From Candidatus Krumholzibacteriota bacterium (GTDB taxonomy: Bacteria; Krumholzibacteriota; Krumholzibacteriia; JAJRXK01), in contig CAVXTH010000006.1 in assembly GCA_963764625.1 (NCBI GenBank), forward strand, positions 608,001 through 672,000: DNA of 64,000 nt. The letters are read 5' to 3'. The notes beneath the pieces were generated by a model. It had not been told where the DNA came from and did no database searches. It saw only the letters and a program-made list of their open reading frames with translations. Below are positions 1 through 9,327 of this stretch, one piece after another. Position numbers and translations under genes: made by a program. The stretch's first letter is position 1. Every line of letters starts with the position of its first letter.

Positions 1-1348
1 ACTCGCGGTCGGAATGGACTTCGATCGCAAGGCGGATGGAAGCTACGAGATGGGTCGCGAGGGGGGGCACAGCCGCCGGCGCGTGGTCCACTCCGGGGAC
101 TTCACCGGCCGGGCGGTGGAGCAGTCCATGCTGGCCGCAGTGCGCGCCCATCCTTCAGTCCAGGTGCTGGAAGATCATTTCGCGATCGATCTTCTCAAAG
201 ATGAGAAGGGCCGCGTGGTGGGCGCGTTGGTCTGGGATGAACGCGGCGGCGAGGCCCTGGCCAATCTCGCGCAGTACACCGTCCTGGCCACCGGCGGGTC
301 GGGAAAGGTCTACCGCTACACCACCAATCCCGACATCGCGACCGGGGACGGCGTGGCCATGGCCTGGCGGGCGGGTGCCACGGTGGGGAATCTCGAATTC
401 GAACAGTTTCATCCTACTTGTCTCTACCACCCATCGGCCAAGAGTTTCCTCATCAGCGAAGCGGTACGGGGAGAGGGGGCGGTCCTGCGCACCCTCGATG
501 GCGAGGCCTTCATGCCTCGCTATCATGAACTTGCGGATCTGGCGCCGCGGGACATTGTGGCTCGTGCAATCGATACCGAGATGAAAGCGCGCGGCGACAA
601 ACACGTCTTGCTCGATGCCACGGTCATCCCCGCCGAATTGGCCTCTCGGCGGTTCCCCAACATTCGCGCCCGGTGCCTGGAGTTCGGAATCGATCTCACG
701 CGCGACATGATTCCGGTGGTGCCAGCGGCGCACTACGCCTGCGGAGGAGTGGTGACGGACCAACGCGGCGCAAGTGACCTCGAGGGTCTCTTCGTGGTGG
801 GGGAGTCAGCCCTCACCGGCATCCATGGAGCCAACCGCCTGGCTTCCAACAGTCTGCTCGAGGCTCTCTACTACGGCGAGAAGGCGGCGGAGGAGATTAC
901 CCTGCGACTGGCGAACGAATCTCGTCCCATCAAGTCGGCCATCATTCCCGATTTGGGCAGTGAGGCGCAGGAGCCCACGCCCTTGCGACACGACTGGGAG
1001 ACCGCTCGTAAGACGATGTGGAACTACGTGGGAATCCAGCGCGATCTGGATCGGCTCGGGGTGGCGCAGCGGCGCATGGACGACATGGCGGCCGAGGCGG
1101 AGCGCTCGTACGGGACGCAACGGCCGAGCGTCGACCTGTTGGAACTGAGAAACGTCACGCTTCTAGGAAGCCTCGTGGTGCGCTGCGCCACCTTTCGCAA
1201 GGAGAGCCGTGGGCTCCACGCTCTGGCGCAGTATCCGGACGTGAACGATGAAGAATTCTTGGGCGACACCTGCATTCGCCTGAACGAAGAAGCCCACCTT
1301 CGACCCTTGAAGGCGGAGAAAGCCAATGCGACTCGCGACCGCGTTTGA
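1..1348 (+). CDS. nadB: L-aspartate oxidase (5'-truncated by window edge)
   Basis: Motifs EGGHS..R..H, LATGG.G, TTNP..ATGDG.AMA, QFHPT, LISEAVRGEG, ELAPRDIVARAI, PAAHY.CGGV, GIHGANRLASNSLLE, R.ESRGLH. The N-terminal FAD motif lies upstream of the window. Confidence 0.93.
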   Translation, partial: LAVGMDFDRKADGSYEMGREGGHSRRRVVHSGDFTGRAVEQSMLAAVRAHPSVQVLEDHFAIDLLKDEKGRVVGALVWDERGGEALANLAQYTVLATGGSGKVYRYTTNPDIATGDGVAMAWRAGATVGNLEFEQFHPTCLYHPSAKSFLISEAVRGEGAVLRTLDGEAFMPRYHELADLAPRDIVARAIDTEMKARGDKHVLLDATVIPAELASRRFPNIRARCLEFGIDLTRDMIPVVPAAHYACGGVVTDQRGASDLEGLFVVGESALTGIHGANRLASNSLLEALYYGEKAAEEITLRLANESRPIKSAIIPDLGSEAQEPTPLRHDWETARKTMWNYVGIQRDLDRLGVAQRRMDDMAAEAERSYGTQRPSVDLLELRNVTLLGSLVVRCATFRKESRGLHALAQYPDVNDEEFLGDTCIRLNEEAHLRPLKAEKANATRDRV

Positions 1349-2144
1349 CGGCACCTTCTATCCCGCCGAGCCTGACGCTCTGGCGGAGGTGGTCGATCAT
1401 TTCCTCGACCGCGCTCCGGCAGCTCCCGAGGGAAAGATCCTGGGAGCGGTCGTCCCGCACGCGGGCTACATCTATTCGGGAATGACCGCGGGAATGGCCT
1501 TCGGCGCCTTCCGCGGGCTAAAGCCCGAAGCAGTGATCCTTCTGGGCCCCAGTCATCGCGTCCGCCTGCGGGGGATTCGGGTGCTTCATGCAGACGGTTT
1601 CGAAAGCCCCCTGGGCACGCTCCCCGTCGATGCAGAACTCAGGGCCGAACTGCTCATCCTGTTGGGGCCCGGCGCGGAAGGTCCCGCGTTTTGTGAGCAC
1701 TCGGTCGAGGTGCAGCTTCCCTTTCTTGCCCGCGCATTGCCCCAGGTCCCGGTGATCGAAATCGTCTTCGGCCCCTGGGAGGAACGAGATATCCAGCGCG
1801 TGGCGAAAGCCCTTCTGGCGCTGCAGCGAAGACACGAGATCTTGGTCGTGGCCAGCAGCGATCTCTCGCACTATTACGATCACCATCGGGCGAAGGTTCT
1901 GGACCAGCGATTCCGCGAACTGCTGCTCCACGAAGACAGCGTTCGCCTGGGGGAGGCTCTGAGAAGGGGAGAGACGGAGGCCTGTGGCGCGGGACCAGTT
2001 CTCACCCTCATGAATCTCACCGAGGCGCTGGGGGGCCGTTTCGAGGCAATTCACCAGTGCGACAGCAGCCAGGCGAGCGGTGACGAGAGCCAGGTCGTCG
2101 GATATATTTCCGCTTTGGCCCTACTTCCCGGGGAGACCGGATGA
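1326..2144 (+). CDS. amrB: AmmeMemoRadiSam system protein B (MEMO1 family)
   Basis: G.FYP, VVPHAGYIYSG, LGPSH, EHSVEVQLPFL, ASSDLSHY, EACG.GP, VVGY. Confidence 0.9.
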   Translation: MRLATAFDGTFYPAEPDALAEVVDHFLDRAPAAPEGKILGAVVPHAGYIYSGMTAGMAFGAFRGLKPEAVILLGPSHRVRLRGIRVLHADGFESPLGTLPVDAELRAELLILLGPGAEGPAFCEHSVEVQLPFLARALPQVPVIEIVFGPWEERDIQRVAKALLALQRRHEILVVASSDLSHYYDHHRAKVLDQRFRELLLHEDSVRLGEALRRGETEACGAGPVLTLMNLTEALGGRFEAIHQCDSSQASGDESQVVGYISALALLPGETG

Positions 2145-2881
2145 AGCCATGGTACGAAACGGCGTTTGGCGACTTCTACCTCGAACTCTACTCCCACCGA
2201 GATCTAGCGGAGGCCGAAAAGGTCCTCGGCCTGGCGTTCGCGCACGATGAGCTGCGAGACAAAACGGTGATCGACGTCGCATGCGGAGCCGGCCGCTACC
2301 TCGAAGAACTGCAGAAGCGAGGGGCGTGGGCGATGGGAGTGGATCTCTCATCTACCTTGCTGCGCGCGGCCAAGGAACACGACTCTCGCCTGCGCCTGGC
2401 GCGTGCCGACATGCGGGTCCTTCCCCTTCTTGATCACGCAATGGACTGGGCGCTGTCTCTGTTTACTTCTTTCGGCTACTTCGAGAGCGTGGAGGAGCAT
2501 CGAGAGCTGGCGGCCGAACTCACTCGCGTGGTCAAGAGAGGAGTGATCGTGGATATTCCCAATCCACGCTTTCTCGAAAGTGCGCTGGCGCCGGAGAGTT
2601 CACGGGTGGTGGCGAATCACCGCATCGAGGAGCGGCGTCGTCTTCTGAATGATCCGCGTCGCGTAGTGAAGCGAGTGCGGATTCATGACCTCAAAGGCGT
2701 ACTCGTCCAAGAATACGAGGAGCGCGTCATGCTCTTCTCGCAGGCGACTTTCGTGGAGTTGTTCGAGGCAGCCGGTCTGTCGGTGACGGGAATGTACGGC
2801 GACTATGAAGGTTCTCCGTTTCGCGAGGAGGAAAGCCCTCGGCAACTGGGACGCTTCGAACGGGTAGGGAGCCGCGTATGA
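2141..2881 (+). CDS. Class I SAM-dependent methyltransferase, candidate bacillithiol N-methyltransferase (NmbA-like)
   Basis: DVACGAGRY motif I, GVDLS, ADMR, FTSFGYF; N-terminal WY...F...YL.LY.HRD; overlaps the bshC start by 4 nt. Confidence 0.8.
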   Translation: MKPWYETAFGDFYLELYSHRDLAEAEKVLGLAFAHDELRDKTVIDVACGAGRYLEELQKRGAWAMGVDLSSTLLRAAKEHDSRLRLARADMRVLPLLDHAMDWALSLFTSFGYFESVEEHRELAAELTRVVKRGVIVDIPNPRFLESALAPESSRVVANHRIEERRRLLNDPRRVVKRVRIHDLKGVLVQEYEERVMLFSQATFVELFEAAGLSVTGMYGDYEGSPFREEESPRQLGRFERVGSRV

Positions 2882-4476
2882 GCGGGGGACTATTCACCGA
2901 TTCCAACCCCCTGGTTGCGTTCGAGGCTTCGCCTGGAATGTCCGAGTACGCGAAGCGTTGGCTGGAGGCAGACGAGTCGCTGCCCGCGCCGGCCAGTCTG
3001 CGTCTCTACGCGGAGGCTCCACGATCTCGATCGGGCTCCGCCTTCCAGGACGCCGCGTTCTCGGCCGAGCTGCGCAACCGTCATCACGCTCTGAAGGCCA
3101 GCGAGGCCTCGCTGGCGAACGTGGGGGCGCTGGCGAAGGGGGCTCCCTGCGTCATCACCGGGCAGCAGCCCAGCTTGCTGGGCGGACCGCTGTACTGTGC
3201 GTGGAAACTCGCGGGAGCGGTCGGGCTGGCGGCTTCGCTCTCGCGCGAGCTCGGCCGCGAAGTCGTCCCCGTGTATTGGTGCGGCGCGGATGACTCGGAT
3301 TTCGAGGAGGCTCGCCGGGCCTGGCTCTGGAATTCCGAGTCCGGAGCGGTGCGGGCGGAACTCGCCAAGGCGCTGGCGCGCCCCGGGGAGATGGTGGGTT
3401 CTATTTCGGGAGCCGAAATCGAAACGGTGGAGCGCAACGCACTCCGAGCGATGGGCGCGAATTCCCACGGCGAACTCGTGAAGTGGTTCGAGACGATGGA
3501 ACCGTCTTGGGATCTGGGCGAGCGCAGTCAGGCGCTCTATCTGAAGCTCTTCGCGCAAGCCGGTTTGGTGGTGGTCGACGCGCGTTCGGGGCGCTTGCGC
3601 GAGCTGGGACGCGAGCTCATGACCCGCTACGCGCAGGTACGCGCCGAAGTGGCTTCGGCGGTGGAGAAGCGAGGAGAAGCGTTGCGGCGCGCGGGTCTGT
3701 CGGTGGCACTCCATCCGGCCGCCATCCACAGTGGACTCTTTCGAGTGCGCGAGGGACGCAGAGAAAAACTTGAACCACAGGAGATCCTGCCCGCGTGCGA
3801 GGCCAACGACGACCTCAGTCCGGCCGTTCTATTGCGTCCGGTGCTCCAGGACGCGTTGTTGGCTCCCATCGCCGCCGTCCTTGGTCCCTCCGAGCTGCAC
3901 TATCACGCGCAGCTCGCGCCGGTCTACGAGATTCTGGCGGTAGAAGCGGCGTCGCCGGCGCTGCGGCCGCAGTTGACTTTCCTGCCACCGGACCTTGCCT
4001 GGCCCGCTTCTATGGCCCGTCAGAGAGCGCTCCTGCAGGGCGGAGACACCGCGCGACAGGTCCTGGGCGTCCTGTCGATTCCCCACGACTGGGAAGAGGC
4101 GAGGCACAAGCTGAGCGACTCGATCGAGGCGGCGCTACGGGAGTTCGAAGCGACTCTCGGAGAGGTGGCGGAACAGTCGAAGATCTCCCGCACCCTGCAG
4201 AAGCTGCGGGAGGCCGGGGAGAGAATCGAGGAGACGCTCGCCGCGCAGTCGTTGAAGACCAGGAGCGAGAAAGATCGCTCCCTTTTGCTCGTGCCCGATC
4301 TCCTCGGCCTTCGCGGAGCCCCCCAGGAGAGGACCTACTCGGCGGTGGTGGCGTGGGAGTGGTTCGGCAGCTCCTTCGTGGACCACCTAAAAGAGCTGGC
4401 AGGCCGCTACGCACTCGACCTGAAAGAAGGCCGGGCACCAATCTACCGGGCGCGCATGCCCAGGGAGAAGACATGA
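2878..4476 (+). CDS. bshC: Bacillithiol biosynthesis cysteine-adding enzyme
   Basis: ITGQQP.LLGGPLY..WK, VPVYW...DD.DFEE, SPAVLLRPVLQD, GPSEL.Y.AQL, C-terminal PQER; adjacent to bshB1 and bshA. Confidence 0.88.
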   Translation: MSGGLFTDSNPLVAFEASPGMSEYAKRWLEADESLPAPASLRLYAEAPRSRSGSAFQDAAFSAELRNRHHALKASEASLANVGALAKGAPCVITGQQPSLLGGPLYCAWKLAGAVGLAASLSRELGREVVPVYWCGADDSDFEEARRAWLWNSESGAVRAELAKALARPGEMVGSISGAEIETVERNALRAMGANSHGELVKWFETMEPSWDLGERSQALYLKLFAQAGLVVVDARSGRLRELGRELMTRYAQVRAEVASAVEKRGEALRRAGLSVALHPAAIHSGLFRVREGRREKLEPQEILPACEANDDLSPAVLLRPVLQDALLAPIAAVLGPSELHYHAQLAPVYEILAVEAASPALRPQLTFLPPDLAWPASMARQRALLQGGDTARQVLGVLSIPHDWEEARHKLSDSIEAALREFEATLGEVAEQSKISRTLQKLREAGERIEETLAAQSLKTRSEKDRSLLLVPDLLGLRGAPQERTYSAVVAWEWFGSSFVDHLKELAGRYALDLKEGRAPIYRARMPREKT

Positions 4477-5216
4477 ACCGCAGACCCCGCGAAGCTCGCG
4501 TCGACGCTCTCTTCCTGTCTCCGCACCCGGACGACGTCGAGTTGTTTTGCGGCGGCACCGTGGCCAGGCTGGTGGAGCTGGGGCACGAGGTCGCTCTCAC
4601 CGACCTGACGCGCGGAGAGATGGCGAGCAATGGCACGGCAGAGGAGCGACGAGAAGCGAGTCTTCGCGCCGCGAGAGCCCTCGGAGTGGCGGGCGAGCGC
4701 CGCGTGCTCGACTTTCCCGACGGGGGGGTAAGCCCGGGCGATCCCCACCAGCTCGAGGTTATGGTCGAGCTGCTGCGCGAACTCCGTCCGCGCGTGCTCT
4801 TTCTACCCCATCGCGTCGATCGACACCCAGACCACGTGGCGGCCGGTCTCCTGGCCCGGCGTGCGAGCTTCTTTGCGGGAGTCCACCGTTTCGAAGCTGA
4901 GGGCGAACCCTACCGCCCCGAGCTCGTGGTCGCCTACCCGTGTCATACTCCGACCCGGGTTTCGTTCACGGTGGACGTGAGCGGTGTGATCGAGAAACGA
5001 CGGCAGGCCATCGCCTGTTACGAGAGTCAGTTCCAGGCCGGTCCGAAGTCCAAAGCGACTCTCATCAATCACCCGGGCTTTCTCGCCGCGCGTGAGGCGC
5101 GCCTGCGTGAGTGGGGATTCGCTTGCGGAGTCGAGTTCGCCGAGGGATTCGTTCTGGAAGAACCGCTTCTTCTCGCCGATCCCCTGGCAATTCTCGGCCG
5201 CGGGAGAGGGCAATGA
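4473..5216 (+). CDS. bshB1: Bacillithiol biosynthesis deacetylase (PIG-L family)
   Basis: PHPDDVE..CGG, DLTRGEM..NGT.E.R..E, DRHPDH, CYESQF, G..CGV.FAEGF. True start is ATG 4473 (ATGA overlap with bshC). Confidence 0.92.
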   Translation: MNRRPREARVDALFLSPHPDDVELFCGGTVARLVELGHEVALTDLTRGEMASNGTAEERREASLRAARALGVAGERRVLDFPDGGVSPGDPHQLEVMVELLRELRPRVLFLPHRVDRHPDHVAAGLLARRASFFAGVHRFEAEGEPYRPELVVAYPCHTPTRVSFTVDVSGVIEKRRQAIACYESQFQAGPKSKATLINHPGFLAAREARLREWGFACGVEFAEGFVLEEPLLLADPLAILGRGRGQ

Positions 5217-6364
5217 ACGCGACGAAATATCGCATCGGGATGACTTCCTTCGCCGCGCAGGGCGGAAGTGGAGTGGTGGCCAGCGAATTGGGATTGGCTC
5301 TGGCCTCCCGTGGTCACGAAGTTCACTTCATTGCCAATGCTCTGCCGGTACGCCTGCGCGAGTTCGAGCCCAAGGTGTTCTTTCACGAGGTGCAGACGGT
5401 TCAATACCCGGCCTTTCCCCACGCGCCGTATACCCTGGCGCTGGCCACCAAGATGACGGAGGTCGCGCGCTACCACGATCTCGAGATTCTGCACGTACAC
5501 TACGCGATTCCCCACGCGGCGAGCGCTTACCTCGCCCAGAAGATGTTGGCTCCTAGCGGAATCAAAGTGGTCACGACGCTTCACGGCACCGACATTACTC
5601 TGGTAGGTCAAGAGCCGAGCTTCTGGCCGCTGACTCAGTTCTTGATCGAGCAGAGCGACGTGGTCACCGCGGTGAGCCACGACCTGGCGCAGCAAACTCG
5701 GCAGATCTTTCGCACCGACCGCGAGATTCGGGTCATCTACAATTTCGTCGACCCGGGACATTTTCGGCCCCGTCCCGACCTGAAGCGAAACAACCCGCTG
5801 GCCCCCGCCGGGGAGAAAGTGTTGCTCCACGCGAGTAATCTCCGGCCGGTGAAGAACGTCGAGACGGTTGTGAGGGTGTTCGCCCGCGTGGTGGCCGAAG
5901 TCAAGTGTCGCCTGGTCATCGTGGGAGACGGGCCGGAAAGGGGACCGGCGGAGCGACTCGCGGAGAAGATGGGAGTTTGCGACAGGGTTACCTTCTTGGG
6001 CGCGCGGGAATCGATGGAGGAGCTCATGGCCATGGCCGACGTGCTGCTGTTGCCGAGCGAGCACGAGTCGTTCGGGCTCGTCGCGCTCGAGGCGATGAGT
6101 GCGCAGACGCCGGTGGTGGCCTCCAAGCGCGGCGGTCTGCCCGAACTCATCGAAGATGGGGAAACCGGCTTTCTCCACGAACCCGAGGACATCGAAGGGC
6201 AGAGCGCCTCGGTCCTCCGGCTGCTCCGCGATGAGGCCCTGGCCAAGAAAATGGGAGAGCGGGCGCGAGAGGTGGCCAAGGAACGCTTTTGCACCGATTG
6301 TATTCTGGACTCGTATCTCGATATGTATCATGAGATTAGAGATGGGTCATCCTCCGTGGGTTGA
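5213..6364 (+). CDS. bshA: N-acetyl-alpha-D-glucosaminyl L-malate synthase
   Basis: GGSGVVASELG, LHVHYAIPHA, TTLHGTDITLVG, SN.RPVK, ESFGLVALEAM; start ATG 5213. Confidence 0.95.
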   Translation: MNATKYRIGMTSFAAQGGSGVVASELGLALASRGHEVHFIANALPVRLREFEPKVFFHEVQTVQYPAFPHAPYTLALATKMTEVARYHDLEILHVHYAIPHAASAYLAQKMLAPSGIKVVTTLHGTDITLVGQEPSFWPLTQFLIEQSDVVTAVSHDLAQQTRQIFRTDREIRVIYNFVDPGHFRPRPDLKRNNPLAPAGEKVLLHASNLRPVKNVETVVRVFARVVAEVKCRLVIVGDGPERGPAERLAEKMGVCDRVTFLGARESMEELMAMADVLLLPSEHESFGLVALEAMSAQTPVVASKRGGLPELIEDGETGFLHEPEDIEGQSASVLRLLRDEALAKKMGERAREVAKERFCTDCILDSYLDMYHEIRDGSSSVG

Positions 6365-6388
6365 CAGAACGCGCCGCTGCTCTAGACT
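6361..6388 (+). promoter_or_regulatory. Putative sigma70 promoter for the Minf_1886-mobA-moaC unit
   Basis: TTGACA-N16-TAGACT overlapping the bshA stop codon. Confidence 0.55.
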
Positions 6389-6416
6389 CTCTTGAAGCCC
6401 ACGGGAATTTTCGAGG

Positions 6417-6824
6417 ATGGTAGAGGTGAGCGAGAAATCAACGAGCAACCGGGATGTGATCTCCCGCCTAGAGAAGCACGCCGAGTCTGGAAAGTACTGT
6501 CTTGCCGCTTACGATTTCGTGTTGCGCGGACTGGACCAGACGATTCGTGCTCTACCAGAGGTTCGTCACGTCAACGGCCAGGAGCTCATGGAGGGGTTGC
6601 AGGCATTCGCCAAGGAACAATTTGGTCCCATGGCCAAGCACGTGCTCAATTCCTGGGAGATCACGCGCACCGAGGATTTTGGTGAAATCGTGTTCGAACT
6701 CGTCGATCAGGGCATTCTGCGCAAGACGGAGGAAGACCGTCCCGAGGATTTTGCCGATCGCTTCGATTTCGACGTGGTTTTCGAACGGGACTACTACAAA
6801 GACCACAAGATCCCGAGCGCTTGA
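6417..6824 (+). CDS. Minf_1886 family conserved protein
   Basis: AY.FV..GL, HV.GQEL..G....A..QFGPMA..VL..W.I..TEDFGEIVF.LV..G.L.K...D..EDF...FDF. Confidence 0.8.
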   Translation: MVEVSEKSTSNRDVISRLEKHAESGKYCLAAYDFVLRGLDQTIRALPEVRHVNGQELMEGLQAFAKEQFGPMAKHVLNSWEITRTEDFGEIVFELVDQGILRKTEEDRPEDFADRFDFDVVFERDYYKDHKIPSA

Positions 6825-7399
6825 TGGTCGAGCACCTGCTTTCCGCTCTCATCCTCGGGGGCGGTCGGTCACGCCGCATGGGCCGCGACAAACGGCTCAT
6901 TTCCCTCCAGCAGAACCATCACCTACTTGCCGCGATCGTGGCCACGCTTCACACCCTGGAGCTGCCGATCTGGTTTGCAGGGCCGGCGCAGGATGGCGCC
7001 CGCCCCGAGCTCGAAGGGGTCGCGGTGTTGTGGGATCTGCATCCTTACCAGGGGCCTTTGACCGCGCTAGTGGACGCGTGGAGCGTAGTGCGAACGGATC
7101 TTGTGGTGGTGGGCGCGGATCTTCCCCGCTTGCGGGGGGAGTTCTTGCTGAGGCTGGTCGACGACGCCAATGCGCATCCCGAGGCCGAGGCGGTGATTCC
7201 CAGCGACGGTGAGTTCTGGCAACCGCTCTGCGCCGTATATCGGACTCGTTGTTTGACGGCGCTGACCGAGTCGGTTCGCTCGGGCGAGGCATCACTCCTG
7301 GCGAGTTTGCAGAGCGGGGATCGTCATGAACTGCGCATCGTCGACGCCGTAGGAGAGCCGAGTCTGACGAACTGGAATCGTCCACCGGACCGTGACTGA
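6824..7399 (+). CDS. mobA: Molybdenum cofactor guanylyltransferase
   Basis: ILGGGRSRRMGRDK, QGPL, DLP, QPLCAVY, NWNRP.D; next to moaC. Confidence 0.85.
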   Translation: MVEHLLSALILGGGRSRRMGRDKRLISLQQNHHLLAAIVATLHTLELPIWFAGPAQDGARPELEGVAVLWDLHPYQGPLTALVDAWSVVRTDLVVVGADLPRLRGEFLLRLVDDANAHPEAEAVIPSDGEFWQPLCAVYRTRCLTALTESVRSGEASLLASLQSGDRHELRIVDAVGEPSLTNWNRPPDRD

Positions 7400-7439
7400 T
7401 CGCAGCGCGGGTTTCGGCCCAAGAGGAGGTGCACACCCG

Positions 7440-7952
7440 ATGGAAAAGACGTCCAAAGGCAAGACACTGTCTCACCTGGATTCCAGCGGTCGGCCGCGGA
7501 TGGTCGACGTTGGCGACAAACCTCCGAGCGATCGCCGCGCGATCGCGAGAGGGCGCATTCGACTCTCGGCGGCGGCCTGGAAGGCGCTTCTCACCCCAGA
7601 GGGCACCGGGAAAGGGGAGACGCTCAGCGTGGCGCAGGTGGCGGCGATCCAGGCGGCCAAGCGAACCGGGGAGTTTATTCCGCTCGCGCACCCCTTGCCC
7701 TTGTGTGGGGTGGAGGTCAGCTGGAAGAAAAGGAGCCAGCGACGCATCCTCGAGGTGAGCGTGCGCGTGCGCACGATCGGACCGACTGGCGTGGAGATGG
7801 AAGCGCTGGCGGCGGTCAGTGCCGCGCTTTTGACGGTGTACGACATGCTCAAAGCGGTGGATCGGGGGATGGTCGTGGGGCCCATTTGGCTCTCGCGGAA
7901 AGAGGGCGGCCGCAGCGGGCTCTGCCGCTTCGACGATCCTCCTCTGAGCTGA
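7440..7952 (+). CDS. moaC: Cyclic pyranopterin monophosphate synthase
   Basis: LSHLD..G..RMVDVG.K, KG....VA..AAIQAAKRT..FIPL.HP, TGVEMEAL, YDMLKAVD, KEGGRSG; RBS GAGGAGG. Confidence 0.95.
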   Translation: MEKTSKGKTLSHLDSSGRPRMVDVGDKPPSDRRAIARGRIRLSAAAWKALLTPEGTGKGETLSVAQVAAIQAAKRTGEFIPLAHPLPLCGVEVSWKKRSQRRILEVSVRVRTIGPTGVEMEALAAVSAALLTVYDMLKAVDRGMVVGPIWLSRKEGGRSGLCRFDDPPLS

Positions 7953-7958
7953 TTCTCC

Positions 7959-7988
7959 TTGACCGCTGCCCTGGACTGCATCTATACA
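7959..7988 (+). promoter_or_regulatory. Putative sigma70 promoter for the tol-pal operon
   Basis: TTGACC-N18-TATACA about 160 nt upstream of tolQ. Confidence 0.35.
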
Positions 7989-8145
7989 ACCAGAACACCC
8001 CTGGGAACCCAATTCGTTCGGGAAACGTACACGGTGGGGGTCGGTAGTCCCGCCAACCGACCTCGTTGCGGGCAGGCAACGCGGACCCTCCTTCAAGCAC
8101 AAAGCAATCGGGCTCAGCCAACGCGAAGAGCCCGTAGGAGCGACG

Positions 8146-8892
8146 ATGCTTCATAGTCTGGCACTCGCGACCATTTTCGGCGATTTCGGCGACATCATCG
8201 CGACTTCATCCCTCTTCGCGAAGTTCATCATTCTCGTTCTTTTCGTGCTCTCGATCGTGTCCTGGGCCGTGATCGCGGACCGCTATCGGCGATTGCGTCG
8301 CGCGGATGCCGAAGATGCCCAATTCTGGGAACGATTCGATCAAATGGAGAGCTACGAGGAGATGGAAGGTCTCACCCAGTGGTGCGAGAAGAACCAGGAT
8401 TCGAGCCTGGGGACGATTTTTCGCTTCTTCCACCGCGAATTCTGGCCCCGCTATCTCTCCCATCGAACGCAAGGCAGTGAGGACACCCTCAGGGGTTTGC
8501 TGCGACGCGGGGCCGATCGTGTTGCCACCAAACGGATCGAAGAACTGGAGAGGGGCGTCACCTGGTTGGCCACCCTCAGTTCGATCGCCCCGTTTCTGGG
8601 GTTGTTGGGTACGGTCTGGGGCATCATGGGCTCGTTCCTCCAAATCGGCCGCCAGGGGACCGCGACCCTCGACGCGGTGGGTCCCGGCATCGCCGAAGCC
8701 CTGGTGACGACGGTCTGCGGACTCTTCGTCGCCATTCCCGCGGTCATCGGCTACAACTGGCTCTTGCGTCGCATTCGCGGGCAGGAGAGCGAGATGCTGC
8801 GGCTGATCAGCATTTTGGAAGATCACGTGGCGACAGAGACCCTCTCGGTGGGTGAGGAGGAGGTGCGTGTCAACGCGGGGGGATTCCACTGA
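8146..8892 (+). CDS. tolQ: MotA/TolQ/ExbB proton channel protein
   Basis: APFLGLLGTVWGIM.SF, VGPGIAEALVTT..GL.VAIPA; first gene of the tol-pal cluster. Confidence 0.92.
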   Translation: MLHSLALATIFGDFGDIIATSSLFAKFIILVLFVLSIVSWAVIADRYRRLRRADAEDAQFWERFDQMESYEEMEGLTQWCEKNQDSSLGTIFRFFHREFWPRYLSHRTQGSEDTLRGLLRRGADRVATKRIEELERGVTWLATLSSIAPFLGLLGTVWGIMGSFLQIGRQGTATLDAVGPGIAEALVTTVCGLFVAIPAVIGYNWLLRRIRGQESEMLRLISILEDHVATETLSVGEEEVRVNAGGFH

Positions 8893-9314
8893 TGCGTACC
8901 AGCGGCTCGCTCCGGGGACGAGCACACTATTCGCAACTCGCGGAAATCAACGTGACCTCTCTGGTCGACGTCACCCTGGTTCTGCTCATCGTCTTCATGC
9001 TCACCGCGCCCTTCATTCAGGGTGGGGTTGAAGTCGATTTGCCTTCCACCCATTCCGTACAGGAAGTAGCGCAGGAGGGCATCGTCATCTCGTTGGACAA
9101 ATCCCGGCGCGTGTACGTGGATGATGACCCGGTTCCCATGAGCCAGTTGGCGGAAATCCTTCGCGCCAGTCATCCTCAGGGTGATTCCCGTCCGGTGTAT
9201 CTCCGCAGCGACCAAGCGGTGCCATATGGCTTCGTGATTCGCGTCATGGGAGAGATCAAGGCGGCGGGAGTCGAAACCCTCAGCCTGGTGGTCGAGCCCG
9301 AGACCGAGAGCTGA
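8892..9314 (+). CDS. tolR: TolR/ExbD biopolymer transport protein
   Basis: EINVT.LVDV.LVLLIVFMLTAP, V.LR.D..VPYG.V. Confidence 0.92.
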   Translation: MRTSGSLRGRAHYSQLAEINVTSLVDVTLVLLIVFMLTAPFIQGGVEVDLPSTHSVQEVAQEGIVISLDKSRRVYVDDDPVPMSQLAEILRASHPQGDSRPVYLRSDQAVPYGFVIRVMGEIKAAGVETLSLVVEPETES

Positions 9315-9327
9315 AGCGCAAGGCCTC

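Noticed and set aside
3795-4472. N-terminal extension of bshB1 (similar extensions at 5111, 11362, 17162, 34461, 44109, 46042 and 51123)
   Set aside because: They overlap neighbouring genes and have Arg/Gly/Pro-rich non-coding composition. Downstream starts fit RBS or stop-start coupling.
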